From positions 448,001 through 512,000 of the forward strand of contig CAXXIA010000002.1 of assembly GCA_963666985.2 (NCBI GenBank): a stretch of DNA of 64,000 nucleotides, in the 5' to 3' direction. The DNA is from Spirochaetia bacterium. Lineage in GTDB: Bacteria > Spirochaetota > Spirochaetia > DSM-2461. Positions 10,200 to 18,939 of this stretch are shown in pieces (positions within the stretch are counted from its first letter, which is position 1; every line of letters starts with the position of its first letter). A program made the position numbers and the translations under genes. The notes under the pieces are model-generated. The model made no database searches and was not told where the DNA came from. It saw only the letters and a program-made list of their open reading frames with translations.

Positions 10200-11260
10200 A
10201 TACCGCCGCCGTAAGCTTTCACGATTTGCCCCTCGATAAGCCGATGGTGTCCGTCCAGAACGAAAAGAGAACCGGACCACTCTTCGGGAACGGCGATTCT
10301 TTCCTCGTCACGGAAAAGACCCGGATCATCCAGACGATGAACGGTGGAATCGGCGGGATCTAAGCGCCACAAACCTCCGTCGCCCGAAAGCGTTCTTAAG
10401 GGCAGCGACCAAACAGCTTTTTTTTCATCAATGACAAATTCAACCCTAAGGCGGCAGCCTATGGGCCAAGAAATACTTCCGGGATTGAAAGTACAGGTAA
10501 CTTCAAAGGTTTTATTCTCAGGAGAAACCGAGGGGCCGATGAGAAGAATCCGGGCCGTACCCGTATCATCCGTGTCCGGCCGGCTTACCCGCACGTCCAC
10601 GTTCCGCGGATTTTTAAAACGGTTCCAGTACTTTTCCGGAACCTTAACCTTCGCCCGAAGATTCTCAGAATCGCCGATGAGAAAAAGCGGACCGGATACC
10701 GAAGCGATATTTCCCGAATCGGCGTAGCGGTTTAAAACAAGACCGTCCATGGGAGAAATCACATCGGCATAATCAAGCCGCATCCGAGCCAATTCATACG
10801 AGGCCAAAGCGGCATCACGGGAAGCACGGGCCTCCTCCAGCTGCTGCTGGCTGGTTCCCGAGCTTCGATTCAGGCTTTCAATTCTGATTAGAGTATTCTC
10901 GGCGAGCTTCCAGGCCGCTTCCGCCGATTTGAGTTCCAGAGCGTACGGTTGCGGATCGACACGCGCAAGAAGTTCGCCTTTGCGAACGCTCATTCCCTGC
11001 TCAGCGGTTATTTCCAGAAGAGTACCGGAGACTTTGGGAACCACGGTAACCGTCTGCGCGGATTCCAAAATCGCAGGGAACGCGATCCGAATCGCCAAGT
11101 CTTGTTTCTCGGGAGCTACAGTGGAAACCGTTACGCTTCGCGGCGGCCCAGCGTCTTCCGGACGCAGCTTCCGCAGAATCCAGAATACGGCCGCGGATAT
11201 CAGAAGAACCCCGACGATCAATATCAGAATACGCTTTTGTGCAGCTCTATTACGTTCCAT
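10196..11260 (-). CDS. RND periplasmic adaptor (membrane fusion protein)
   Basis: N-terminal TM, lipoyl-like PKVSG...GMSVRKGELLA, coiled hairpin, SPMDG; ATGA overlap with the permease. Confidence 0.9.
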   Translation of the reverse strand: MERNRAAQKRILILIVGVLLISAAVFWILRKLRPEDAGPPRSVTVSTVAPEKQDLAIRIAFPAILESAQTVTVVPKVSGTLLEITAEQGMSVRKGELLARVDPQPYALELKSAEAAWKLAENTLIRIESLNRSSGTSQQQLEEARASRDAALASYELARMRLDYADVISPMDGLVLNRYADSGNIASVSGPLFLIGDSENLRAKVKVPEKYWNRFKNPRNVDVRVSRPDTDDTGTARILLIGPSVSPENKTFEVTCTFNPGSISWPIGCRLRVEFVIDEKKAVWSLPLRTLSGDGGLWRLDPADSTVHRLDDPGLFRDEERIAVPEEWSGSLFVLDGHHRLIEGQIVKAYGGGI

Positions 11261-11430
11261 AACGCCCGCTCCCCGACATTCGGACGGCCCGGCCGATTGA
11301 GAGGACGATTTCAAAACTCAACGAGTTTGAAGCGGTATCGGCCGTCGGATACGGATAATCTCATGAATGATGAAATTGCCTCCGACGGCATAATTTTAGA
11401 AAAGAGAATTTATTCGTGTTAGTGAACGTT

Positions 11431-11625
11431 CGTCAGAATCAGTATTGCATCACGTCATGAATCTTCGGGAGATTCGTCATAAAAAACCGGGAGGCCTGCG
11501 ATACGGCACGAAAAATTTCTTTTCGTGGCCCCTCCGTACCGAGCCTCCCGTCTTATGGGAGTATAAAATCCTCCGTTGGCGATGAGAAACGGGTCAAGCG
11601 TCATATTCAATCATGACATTTGTCA
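11431..11625. promoter_or_regulatory. Divergent promoter region with 22-bp-phased (C/T)GTCA sites and a TGACA-TT-TGTCA palindrome
   Basis: CGTCA at 11431, 11453, 11475; CGTCA at 11599 and TGTCA at 11621; palindrome at 11614-11625. Confidence 0.6.
11481..11550 (-). terminator. Long three-part hairpin with U-tract (terminator or 3' end of an sRNA)
   Basis: CGGGAGGC/GCCTCCCG, TACGG/CCGTA and CACGAAAA/TTTTCGTG nested stems; A6 on + (U6 on -) at 11481-11486. Confidence 0.65.
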
Positions 11626-11694
11626 GAAAACGCATCATGCCGTGACACGAACATATTGGTCTCTGTGTTAGAATCGAGAAGCGAGATAACGAAC

Positions 11695-13023
11695 ATGCCG
11701 AACAAAAATAACCGCGGGAGCAGCAAACATAAACGAAGAATACCGATAACGCTTCCGGGAAATCGCCTTGAAGGCGGTCTTATTCGTATTTTCCGATTCT
11801 TTTTCGGCGGAGTGGCCATCATCTTCCTCCTCCTACAAGTCGCCCCCGGCCCCTTAAAGAACAGCGATCCTTACACGAGAAAGGCCATGATGCTGTTCTG
11901 CTTAACCTACGGAGTGATTTTTATCTATCTTCTCATTCCGGGGCTTGAAAAAAAATTGAAAGATTTTTACATGCCCCCGGTGCTCATCGCGGCCAGTGTT
12001 ATTCCCATCGCCATCATCAACGCCAAGTACCGCTCCCTTCTGCACGCAGGCGTTCCCATCAACACCCTCGACGACACCATGACGGTCACCATACTCCTGA
12101 TTTTCCCGCTGATCGTCACGGCATGGCAGTACAGTTTTCCCATCGTGTTCCTCTTCTTCGTTGTTCTCGGCTTTCTCGATCCTTTGCTCATCGTTTTGGT
12201 CAATGAAAGTTTTACTCCGGAAATCTACGGAGCGTTCAACGCTTCGCTGGTCCGGATTCTCGCCCTCGGAGCGGTAGGCTTCATGATTACCGAACTCAGA
12301 GACACGCAACGGCAGGAGCGCAAGGCGCTGGAAGATGCCAACCGCAAACTTGAGGATTACGCCCGGGCCAGTGAACGTCTGGCCGCCAGCCGCGAACGGA
12401 ACAGGCTCGCCCGCGACCTGCACGATACCCTGGCTCATACCTTAAGCGGATTGGCCATTCAGCTCGACGCCATGGGAACCGTCGTTAAGGAAAACGATGA
12501 AACCCTGAAAGACATGATTGAGAAAGCTCATGCGAATGTCAGGGACGGACTGAACGAAACCCGGCGGGCCCTAAAAGATCTTCGGGCCAGCCCTCTTGAC
12601 GACATGGGTCTCTGTCTGGCCCTTCAGAGGCTGGCGGACGATGCCGGCGCCAGGGATCATGTCGTCGTGGAAACCGTTCTGCCCCAGGAAATACCGGACT
12701 GGAACGAAAACCTTGAAGAAGGAGTCTACAGGATTGCTCAGGAAGCCCTGGAGAACGTGGTTCGTCATGCCAGAGCTTCAATCGCGAGATTGATCCTGGA
12801 AGGCGATGAGAATTTTCTTTCCTTGACGATTACCGACAACGGACGAGGATTTGATTCAAAATCAAATCGCGAAGAGGGTCGATACGGAATCGAAGGCATG
12901 CAAGAGAGAGCGTTTTCCCTCGGCGGTCTTCTTTCGGTGGACAGCGCCGTGGGCAAGGGAACAACAATCCGATTTGAATGGGAAAAAATGCTGACGGAGG
13001 ATTCATGGAAGACGAATCGGTAA
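11695..13023 (+). CDS. Membrane sensor histidine kinase, HisKA_3 (NarX/LiaS/DesK-type)
   Basis: About 6 TM segments, ERNRLARDLHDTLAH, QEALENVVRHA, DNGRGF, GIEGMQER. Confidence 0.92.
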   Translation: MPNKNNRGSSKHKRRIPITLPGNRLEGGLIRIFRFFFGGVAIIFLLLQVAPGPLKNSDPYTRKAMMLFCLTYGVIFIYLLIPGLEKKLKDFYMPPVLIAASVIPIAIINAKYRSLLHAGVPINTLDDTMTVTILLIFPLIVTAWQYSFPIVFLFFVVLGFLDPLLIVLVNESFTPEIYGAFNASLVRILALGAVGFMITELRDTQRQERKALEDANRKLEDYARASERLAASRERNRLARDLHDTLAHTLSGLAIQLDAMGTVVKENDETLKDMIEKAHANVRDGLNETRRALKDLRASPLDDMGLCLALQRLADDAGARDHVVVETVLPQEIPDWNENLEEGVYRIAQEALENVVRHARASIARLILEGDENFLSLTITDNGRGFDSKSNREEGRYGIEGMQERAFSLGGLLSVDSAVGKGTTIRFEWEKMLTEDSWKTNR

Positions 13024-13676
13024 TCGGCGTTATCATCTGCGACGATCAAGAAATCGTCAGGGAAGGTCTGAAAACCATCCTTGATTCGGATCAGGGCATC
13101 CGGGTTATCGCCACGGCGGAGGATGGGGAAGATCTTTTCCGCCGAATCGAGACGGTCGGGATTCCCGACGTCGTCCTTATGGATTTGAAAATGCCCATAA
13201 TGAACGGGATTCAGGCCACCCGGCGGCTTCACAACCGACATCCGAATACGAAGGTTCTGATTCTCACCACCTACGACGACGATCAATGGGTGGTGGACGC
13301 CATCCGCTCCGGCGCATCCGGCTATCTGCTCAAAGATACGCCGAGGATAGACCTCATCGATGCGGTGAAAGGTTCGGCCGCCGGACAGAATTTCATCGAT
13401 CCTTCCATCGCGGGCAAGGTATTGGCCATGGCCGCGGGCACCATGCCCAGAATCCCCGAATCATCGGCCCCCGAGATTCGTCCCCGGGAAAAACAGATTC
13501 TCATTCTGATAGCCCGCGGGCTGTCCAACGCCGATATCGCCGAGGAGCTTTACCTCTCCGAAGGAACGGTACGGAACTACGCCAGCGCCCTCTTTACCAG
13601 AATCGGCGTAACCGACCGCACCCAGGCGGCCATCGCGGCGCTCCGATACGGGATTATCGGGCTGGACGATATTTAA
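13005..13676 (+). CDS. NarL/LuxR-family DNA-binding response regulator
   Basis: GGAGG RBS; ICDDQ, VLMDLKMP, GYLLK; HTH GLSNADIAEELYLSEGTVRNY. Confidence 0.95.
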   Translation: MEDESVIGVIICDDQEIVREGLKTILDSDQGIRVIATAEDGEDLFRRIETVGIPDVVLMDLKMPIMNGIQATRRLHNRHPNTKVLILTTYDDDQWVVDAIRSGASGYLLKDTPRIDLIDAVKGSAAGQNFIDPSIAGKVLAMAAGTMPRIPESSAPEIRPREKQILILIARGLSNADIAEELYLSEGTVRNYASALFTRIGVTDRTQAAIAALRYGIIGLDDI

Positions 13677-13834
13677 TTTGCCGTTGAGGCGCACTTAGAA
13701 CTTCCGTAACGTTCGGTATTCCGATAACGCTCTATCCCACAGAGAGTCGGCCTTCGGGCACATCTATCCACGGGAAAAGCGTACTCACGGAATAAGGATA
13801 CCGAGGAGCGGTTATCAAAAGCGCTTAAGGGATT

Positions 13835-13873
13835 GAGGCGATCTCAGAAATCAGCGATTTTTGAAATAAAACC
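13835..13873 (+). repeat. Palindromic interspersed repeat (family A), copy 2
   Basis: GAGGCGATCTCAGAAATCAGCGATTTTTGAAATAAAACC. Confidence 0.8.
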
Positions 13874-14086
13874 TTATATAACTGATTCAAAAAAGGGCTT
13901 CAGCCGCCGATTCTAAGCAATTTCATAATCTTTCGTTTATTAAACCCCGCCGGTTTTCTTTTCGTACCGCGGCGCTTTGACTTTCAAACTTAAAAAACAG
14001 GCATTAATAATTCCCGACATACAAATTTGCTTATTTTTTTCGGACCGTCGAAAATTAAGAAAGTGAAACATTCAAGGAGTCGTCCT

Positions 14087-15580
14087 TTGAAAAAAACAAA
14101 TTCTTTATTCATATTAATTCCGCTGATTTTTTCGGCAGTTACCGGCTGCCACAATCCCGGCTCTTCATCATCCACAAAAGGGTGGAGTTTAACCATCACT
14201 CTTCTTCCGCGCCTTCTTACAGAATCGGCCGATAACTACCTTGTTGAAGGAATCGGCCCCGGCGGGGATGGATTCAGTGAAACCGTTGCCGGGACGTCTT
14301 TGAGGATTGATTCCCCGGCGGCCGGAGCATGGACGATCAACGTTACGGCCTATAACGGCGGAGGAACAATCATCGGAACCGGGCAGGATACGGTCACACT
14401 GCAAACTGAAGTTTCAAGTTCGCAGCCCATAATCGTTGCGCCCGAAGGAACATTCATTTCCCAATGGCAAACCGAGAATCTCGGTGTTTCGGATGATGCT
14501 CAAATTCAGCTGCCTCTGGTATCGGGGGGGAACTACAATTTTGAAGTTGATTGGGGGGACGGCAGCCAAAGCACCATTACGGACTTCACCGACATTGAAA
14601 AAACTCATACGTATACTTCATCGGGATGTTACACGGTCTGTTTTTCAGGAACGCTGGAAGGCTTTTCCTTTGGGAATCAAAGTTACTCTTACAATGGGGA
14701 CGATGTTTTCTTAGGTGATTCCCGAAAACTGGTCGAAATATCCCAATGGGGCTTCATCAAACTTGGAAACAACGGGAAATATTTTCAGTATTGCACGAGC
14801 CTGGAAATAAGCGCCGAAGATGTTCCCGATTTATCGGGAACAACCGATCTATCCAAAATGTTTCTTGAATGTATCCGTCTCGATACCGTTCCCAATATGG
14901 GAAGCTGGGATGTATCGTCGGTTACGAATATGAGTGAAATGTTTTCAGGAGCCGTATCCTTCAATGAAGATATCGGCAGCTGGAACGTGTCGTCCGTAAC
15001 GGATATGAATAACATGTTCTCCGAGGCTTCCGTTTTCAACCAAGACCTAAACGGATGGACGGTCTCCTCGGTAACGGATATGAACGGGATGTTTTCAGGT
15101 GCCGCATCCTTTGATGGAGATATCGGTTCTTGGGATGTCGGTTCCGTAACGAATATGAACAACCTGTTCTATCAAGCCGCTGTTTTTAATCGGGATATCG
15201 GCGGCTGGAGTCCTTCAAGCGTGTTGTATATGAACAGTATGTTTAATGAAGCGGCCGCATTTAATCAAAATATCGGCATCTGGGATGTCTCGAATATAAG
15301 ACGCATGAATTTCATGTTTCACAAAGCCGTCTCTTTTAACCAGAACCTGGGAGGCTGGGAGATATCGGACATCATATCCATGGAAGGCATGTTCGATTTT
15401 ACCACTCTCGGCACGGAGAATTATGATGCTCTTTTAAACGGATGGGCCGCTCTTACATTAAACTCAAATGTGGCTTTCAGCGCCGGTGCTTCCAAGTACA
15501 GCAGTGCGGCCGATACGGCCCGCCGGGTTTTAATCGATACTTACGGATGGAGTATTACCGACGGCGGATTAACGGAATAG
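14087..15580 (+). CDS. DUF285/BspA-like repeat surface lipoprotein with PKD-like domain
   Basis: AAGGAG RBS + TTG, lipobox AVTG-C, VDWGDGS...HTY (PKD-like), about 7 tandem 25-aa repeats WDVSSVTNMxxMFxxAxxFNxDIxx, C-terminal YGWSITDGG. Confidence 0.88.
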   Translation: MKKTNSLFILIPLIFSAVTGCHNPGSSSSTKGWSLTITLLPRLLTESADNYLVEGIGPGGDGFSETVAGTSLRIDSPAAGAWTINVTAYNGGGTIIGTGQDTVTLQTEVSSSQPIIVAPEGTFISQWQTENLGVSDDAQIQLPLVSGGNYNFEVDWGDGSQSTITDFTDIEKTHTYTSSGCYTVCFSGTLEGFSFGNQSYSYNGDDVFLGDSRKLVEISQWGFIKLGNNGKYFQYCTSLEISAEDVPDLSGTTDLSKMFLECIRLDTVPNMGSWDVSSVTNMSEMFSGAVSFNEDIGSWNVSSVTDMNNMFSEASVFNQDLNGWTVSSVTDMNGMFSGAASFDGDIGSWDVGSVTNMNNLFYQAAVFNRDIGGWSPSSVLYMNSMFNEAAAFNQNIGIWDVSNIRRMNFMFHKAVSFNQNLGGWEISDIISMEGMFDFTTLGTENYDALLNGWAALTLNSNVAFSAGASKYSSAADTARRVLIDTYGWSITDGGLTE

Positions 15581-15814
15581 AGATTTAGAGACATTTTTTG
15601 TAGCCGGTCATTAAGGTCCTGCTTTAATTCTTTATTGTCAGTCCGGACGATAATAAACCGGCTATAATCAAAAAAGTCGATTATGAATCTCCAAGGAAGA
15701 AGTTTCAGGCACGGCCATCCGCCCCTGAGCCAACCGCCAATCAGATGCCTCTTCCTGAGCTTCCCACAAATCGCAGCAACAACACGGCATCAGTCAAGCC
15801 GACCTTTAATCAAT

Positions 15815-16000
15815 CAGCAATTCTCATTTTGGGCGTCTCCCCGGCCTCCGGCCGGGTTCTGGTCGGAAACCTGCGGTTTCCTGCTCGAACATGTATCCGG
15901 ACCGGGCTATCCGGGGGTACCGTCTAAACGGACTTTTGCCCGTTTAGACCGCTTCGCGCCCCTCCTATCCCTGACGCTTTTTCTAAAATGAGAATTGCTG
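15815..16000. mobile_element. MITE, 186 bp, 16-bp perfect TIRs, 5-bp TSD
   Basis: CAGCAATTCTCATTTT (15815-15830) and AAAATGAGAATTGCTG (15985-16000), flanked on both sides by TCAAT. Confidence 0.9.
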
Positions 16001-16150
16001 TCAATCAATACAATGTGTCGGCGGTGTATAGACGAAGAATTTACATGAGGGGATTACACCCTTCCGTGAATAAAAACCGACTCATTCTCGTACAAGCGTA
16101 TTACTTCCTCGGCAACAGAATGTGAATGTGTATAGGGTGAGTAAAATAAC

Positions 16151-16189
16151 AAAGCCTTTGGAATCCCATACTCGAATTCCAAAGGCTTT
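16151..16189 (-). terminator. Terminator hairpin downstream of the MATE gene
   Basis: AAAGCCTTTGGAAT/ATTCCAAAGGCTTT, 14-bp perfect stem. Confidence 0.75.
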
Positions 16190-16211
16190 CTCCCAATTAA
16201 TACAATGGCAC

Positions 16212-17597
16212 TTAGGCTTTAACAGCCTCGGTTATCGGCCGCCTGACAATCCCTTCTTTTAATTTTCCAAACTCCGTAATTACCATGAAGAACACCCAGA
16301 TAATAATCACAAGATCGATAAGAAATGATCCTTTGTAAACCCAGCTTACGCCAAAGAATCTGGGAAGAGTCAGCATAACAGGGACATAGAATACCAGCTG
16401 ACGGGCGATTCCCATTATGGCCGAAGGTTTGCTGTTGTTTATGGCGGGGAAAAAGGTCATGGCCATAAAGATAACCGGCAGCACCGGAAGAAGAACAGTA
16501 AAGAACCTGAAGTTGGCCAGATCGGAGGCTGCAAAGTCTTTTACCGGAAGCATGATATGCAAAACCATTTCAGGGTTAATCATCATGATGGCCCAAAAGG
16601 GTGCCATGAGTATGGTGGCCGCCACACCGAAAATTTTGAAACTGCTGATAACACGGTCATACCTCTCGGCTCCGAAGTTGATTCCGATGGCCGGCTGAAG
16701 AGCCCGCATCAAACCAAAGACGGGTGTGAGGAGGAACATGAAGATCCGGTAGGCAATTCCATAAAAGGCAATGTCCGCTGTAGAACCGAAACGGCTAAGC
16801 GCATTAAGTACAACAAGACCCTGAACAACGGTCATAACCGCCATAATCATTGAGGGCACGCCCATACTGATGATTGATTTTTTTACATACTTATCCCGGC
16901 GAACCGAAAAAGGTTTGGCTTCAAAGGATATTTTCTTTTTATCGGTGGCATAAAAAAAGAACACGATAGTGTACACCAGCATGCCGATGTTGGTGCCCCA
17001 GGCCGCTCCCTTTACGCCCCATCCAAGAACAACGATAAAAAAATAGTTCGCGATGACATTAACAATTAATCCCGGTGCCATCATGGCTGCCGCCGAGCCC
17101 ATTTTTCCTTCTGCGCGGACAATCATGTTATAGGCAAGGCCGGCAATCCAGAATACCGAACCGTAGCAGGTTACCCGGAAATAATCGGCTCCCAGCGTTA
17201 AGGCGGTTCCCGTACCTCCCATCATTCTGACGATGGGCACCGCAAGGATAATTCCCAAGATGGTATAAACCACCGAAAAAATGATGTTGAGATAGTTGGC
17301 ATTACCCAAAAGTTTCCGCTGGGTTTCTCGATCGTTGGCTCCAATGGCAATACTCAGCGCCGAGCCGGCACCAACACCGATAAGCTGCCCCAGCCCCAGC
17401 GGCAGCTGGGAAAGAGGATAGGCCAGTGAAACACCGGCAAGAGCCTCTTCCCCGACGAACCGTCCGACGAAAATGGCGTCGAATACCGTGTTCAATCCAT
17501 AGAGAACCATGGCGATAATAGCGGGCCATGACAGTTTCCACATGACTCTCCATAAATTATCATTGAGGATCATGTTCTTTTGCTTGTTGTTATCCAT
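16212..17597 (-). CDS. MATE family efflux transporter
   Basis: 461 aa, about 12 TM; DAIFVGRFVGEEALAG, RAEG, GVKGAAWGT, GINFGAERYDRV. Confidence 0.93.
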   Translation of the reverse strand: MDNNKQKNMILNDNLWRVMWKLSWPAIIAMVLYGLNTVFDAIFVGRFVGEEALAGVSLAYPLSQLPLGLGQLIGVGAGSALSIAIGANDRETQRKLLGNANYLNIIFSVVYTILGIILAVPIVRMMGGTGTALTLGADYFRVTCYGSVFWIAGLAYNMIVRAEGKMGSAAAMMAPGLIVNVIANYFFIVVLGWGVKGAAWGTNIGMLVYTIVFFFYATDKKKISFEAKPFSVRRDKYVKKSIISMGVPSMIMAVMTVVQGLVVLNALSRFGSTADIAFYGIAYRIFMFLLTPVFGLMRALQPAIGINFGAERYDRVISSFKIFGVAATILMAPFWAIMMINPEMVLHIMLPVKDFAASDLANFRFFTVLLPVLPVIFMAMTFFPAINNSKPSAIMGIARQLVFYVPVMLTLPRFFGVSWVYKGSFLIDLVIIIWVFFMVITEFGKLKEGIVRRPITEAVKA

Positions 17598-17731
17598 AAA
17601 AGCTCCTGTTTTTAATTACTATTTTTTTTAAGTTCACCTAATTCCGAAGCTGTTTTAATAAACGATAAAAATCCTTTCCGTTCCTTTTTGTCCGAAATGT
17701 CCCTAGCCGGGAAGCAGTTCATGCTCTCAAT

Positions 17732-17843
17732 GCGGCAGCGCTGGAAGGGGTGCCGAAGGCAGCCTTTATCGCAAGGCGTTAAAGGCCGAAGCGATAGCGA
17801 AGCCCCGGACATAGCGACCCCGGCACAGCCGGGGTGCCGCCCA
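17732..17843 (-). repeat. Structured GC-rich repeat (family B), related to the core of the MITE at 15815
   Basis: Minus strand GGGCGGCACCCCGGC-TGT-GCCGGGGTCGCTATGTCCGGGG...CTTCGGCACCCCTTCCAGCGCTGCCGC parallels the + strand at about 15831-15977. Confidence 0.65.
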
Positions 17844-17859
17844 AAAAAATCTTAGGCTT

Positions 17860-18492
17860 TTACTCCTCTATTTTCTCATTTCTTAAAGCCAGGGTTCCGT
17901 ATGTAACAAAAACAGCTATTTCCCTGATGTATTTATCCAGTTCTTCAGGATTCGGTTCATGAACAATGACTTCTTCCAGAAAACGCAGATATAACGAGGC
18001 CAGAGTGTGAATAAACATTTCTGTAACATCCCAGCTATAGTTCGATTCCGGTTGAGAGAGGGCTGATATAAAGGTTTGACTGCTTTGGGCATAAAGCTGA
18101 GAAATCCGTTCTCTGAAGTCTTCCATAGAAGACCCGGCGGAAGCTGTGAATAAAAGCTTCAAGGCGTCAAAATTCTTGTAAAAGAATGGAACATTTTCTT
18201 TGAATTTCCCGATGACTTCTTCAAAGGATTTCGTCTCATTCCTGCCGTACGACTTAAGATAAATTTCCTCCGGTTCGGTTGTCATGGAGCGTTCAATAAT
18301 GCTCCATACCGGATTAACGAGCTCAGAGAACAATGCATCCTTGTTTTTGAAGTAGATGTAGATATTGCCCTTGGATATTCCGGCTTTCCGAGCCATCTCG
18401 CGGAGAGATGCCTTGGCGAATCCTTTTTCCAGGAATTCCTTTTTGGCAACTTCGAGTATTAAATCTCTGACTTCATCTTTCTTTTTTTGCAT
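17860..18492 (-). CDS. TetR/AcrR family transcriptional regulator
   Basis: EFLEKGFAKASLREMARKAGISKGNIYIYFKNKDALF HTH; upstream of the MATE gene. Confidence 0.93.
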   Translation of the reverse strand: MQKKKDEVRDLILEVAKKEFLEKGFAKASLREMARKAGISKGNIYIYFKNKDALFSELVNPVWSIIERSMTTEPEEIYLKSYGRNETKSFEEVIGKFKENVPFFYKNFDALKLLFTASAGSSMEDFRERISQLYAQSSQTFISALSQPESNYSWDVTEMFIHTLASLYLRFLEEVIVHEPNPEELDKYIREIAVFVTYGTLALRNEKIEE

Positions 18493-18939
18493 TATAGCCC
18501 CGCTGGATTCATATAAAATCCAGTGGTTTTTATTATTCCGGAAAAACGTAGCCTATTCAATATTTATTAGGAAATATTAATAAAGTTGCTGAAAAAATTG
18601 TTTTAGGGGGGTGTTCTTAAAGAGCACGGAGAATCCCTTATCGGAATGTACCCGGCCGATGTATCGGTTCGGCGAGTGGAAGATAAAACCGAAGCCCTCT
18701 GGGATTCTCGGGTATCTTCGGCACGGTAAGCAATCCGAATAATGAAGATCTGCTCCAAAATGGGAGCGCAAAAGATTTTTGACACTTCAAAGAGATTTTT
18801 CCCATCTAAAGTCGAGGGTTTTCCCTTCCCTTGAGCCCTTTTCAATTTCGGACTTAAGCAAAGCCTCCCCGCAATTCAATCATCTCGTCTTCCCCGCCGG
18901 TATTCCCTCGGGTTAGGATATCTTCAGGGAGGGGATTCT

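Noticed and set aside
14900..15380. 75-bp periodic repeats as a DGR target or CRISPR
   Set aside because: They are coding DUF285-type repeats; no reverse transcriptase or adenine-specific template/variable repeat pair seen
15683..15991. 102-aa ORF
   Set aside because: Runs through the MITE; removing the MITE does not restore a convincing gene
18577..18845. Short ORFs or possible MITE between tetR and the ATPase gene
   Set aside because: Only weak, imperfect terminal similarity, no TSD and no protein motifs
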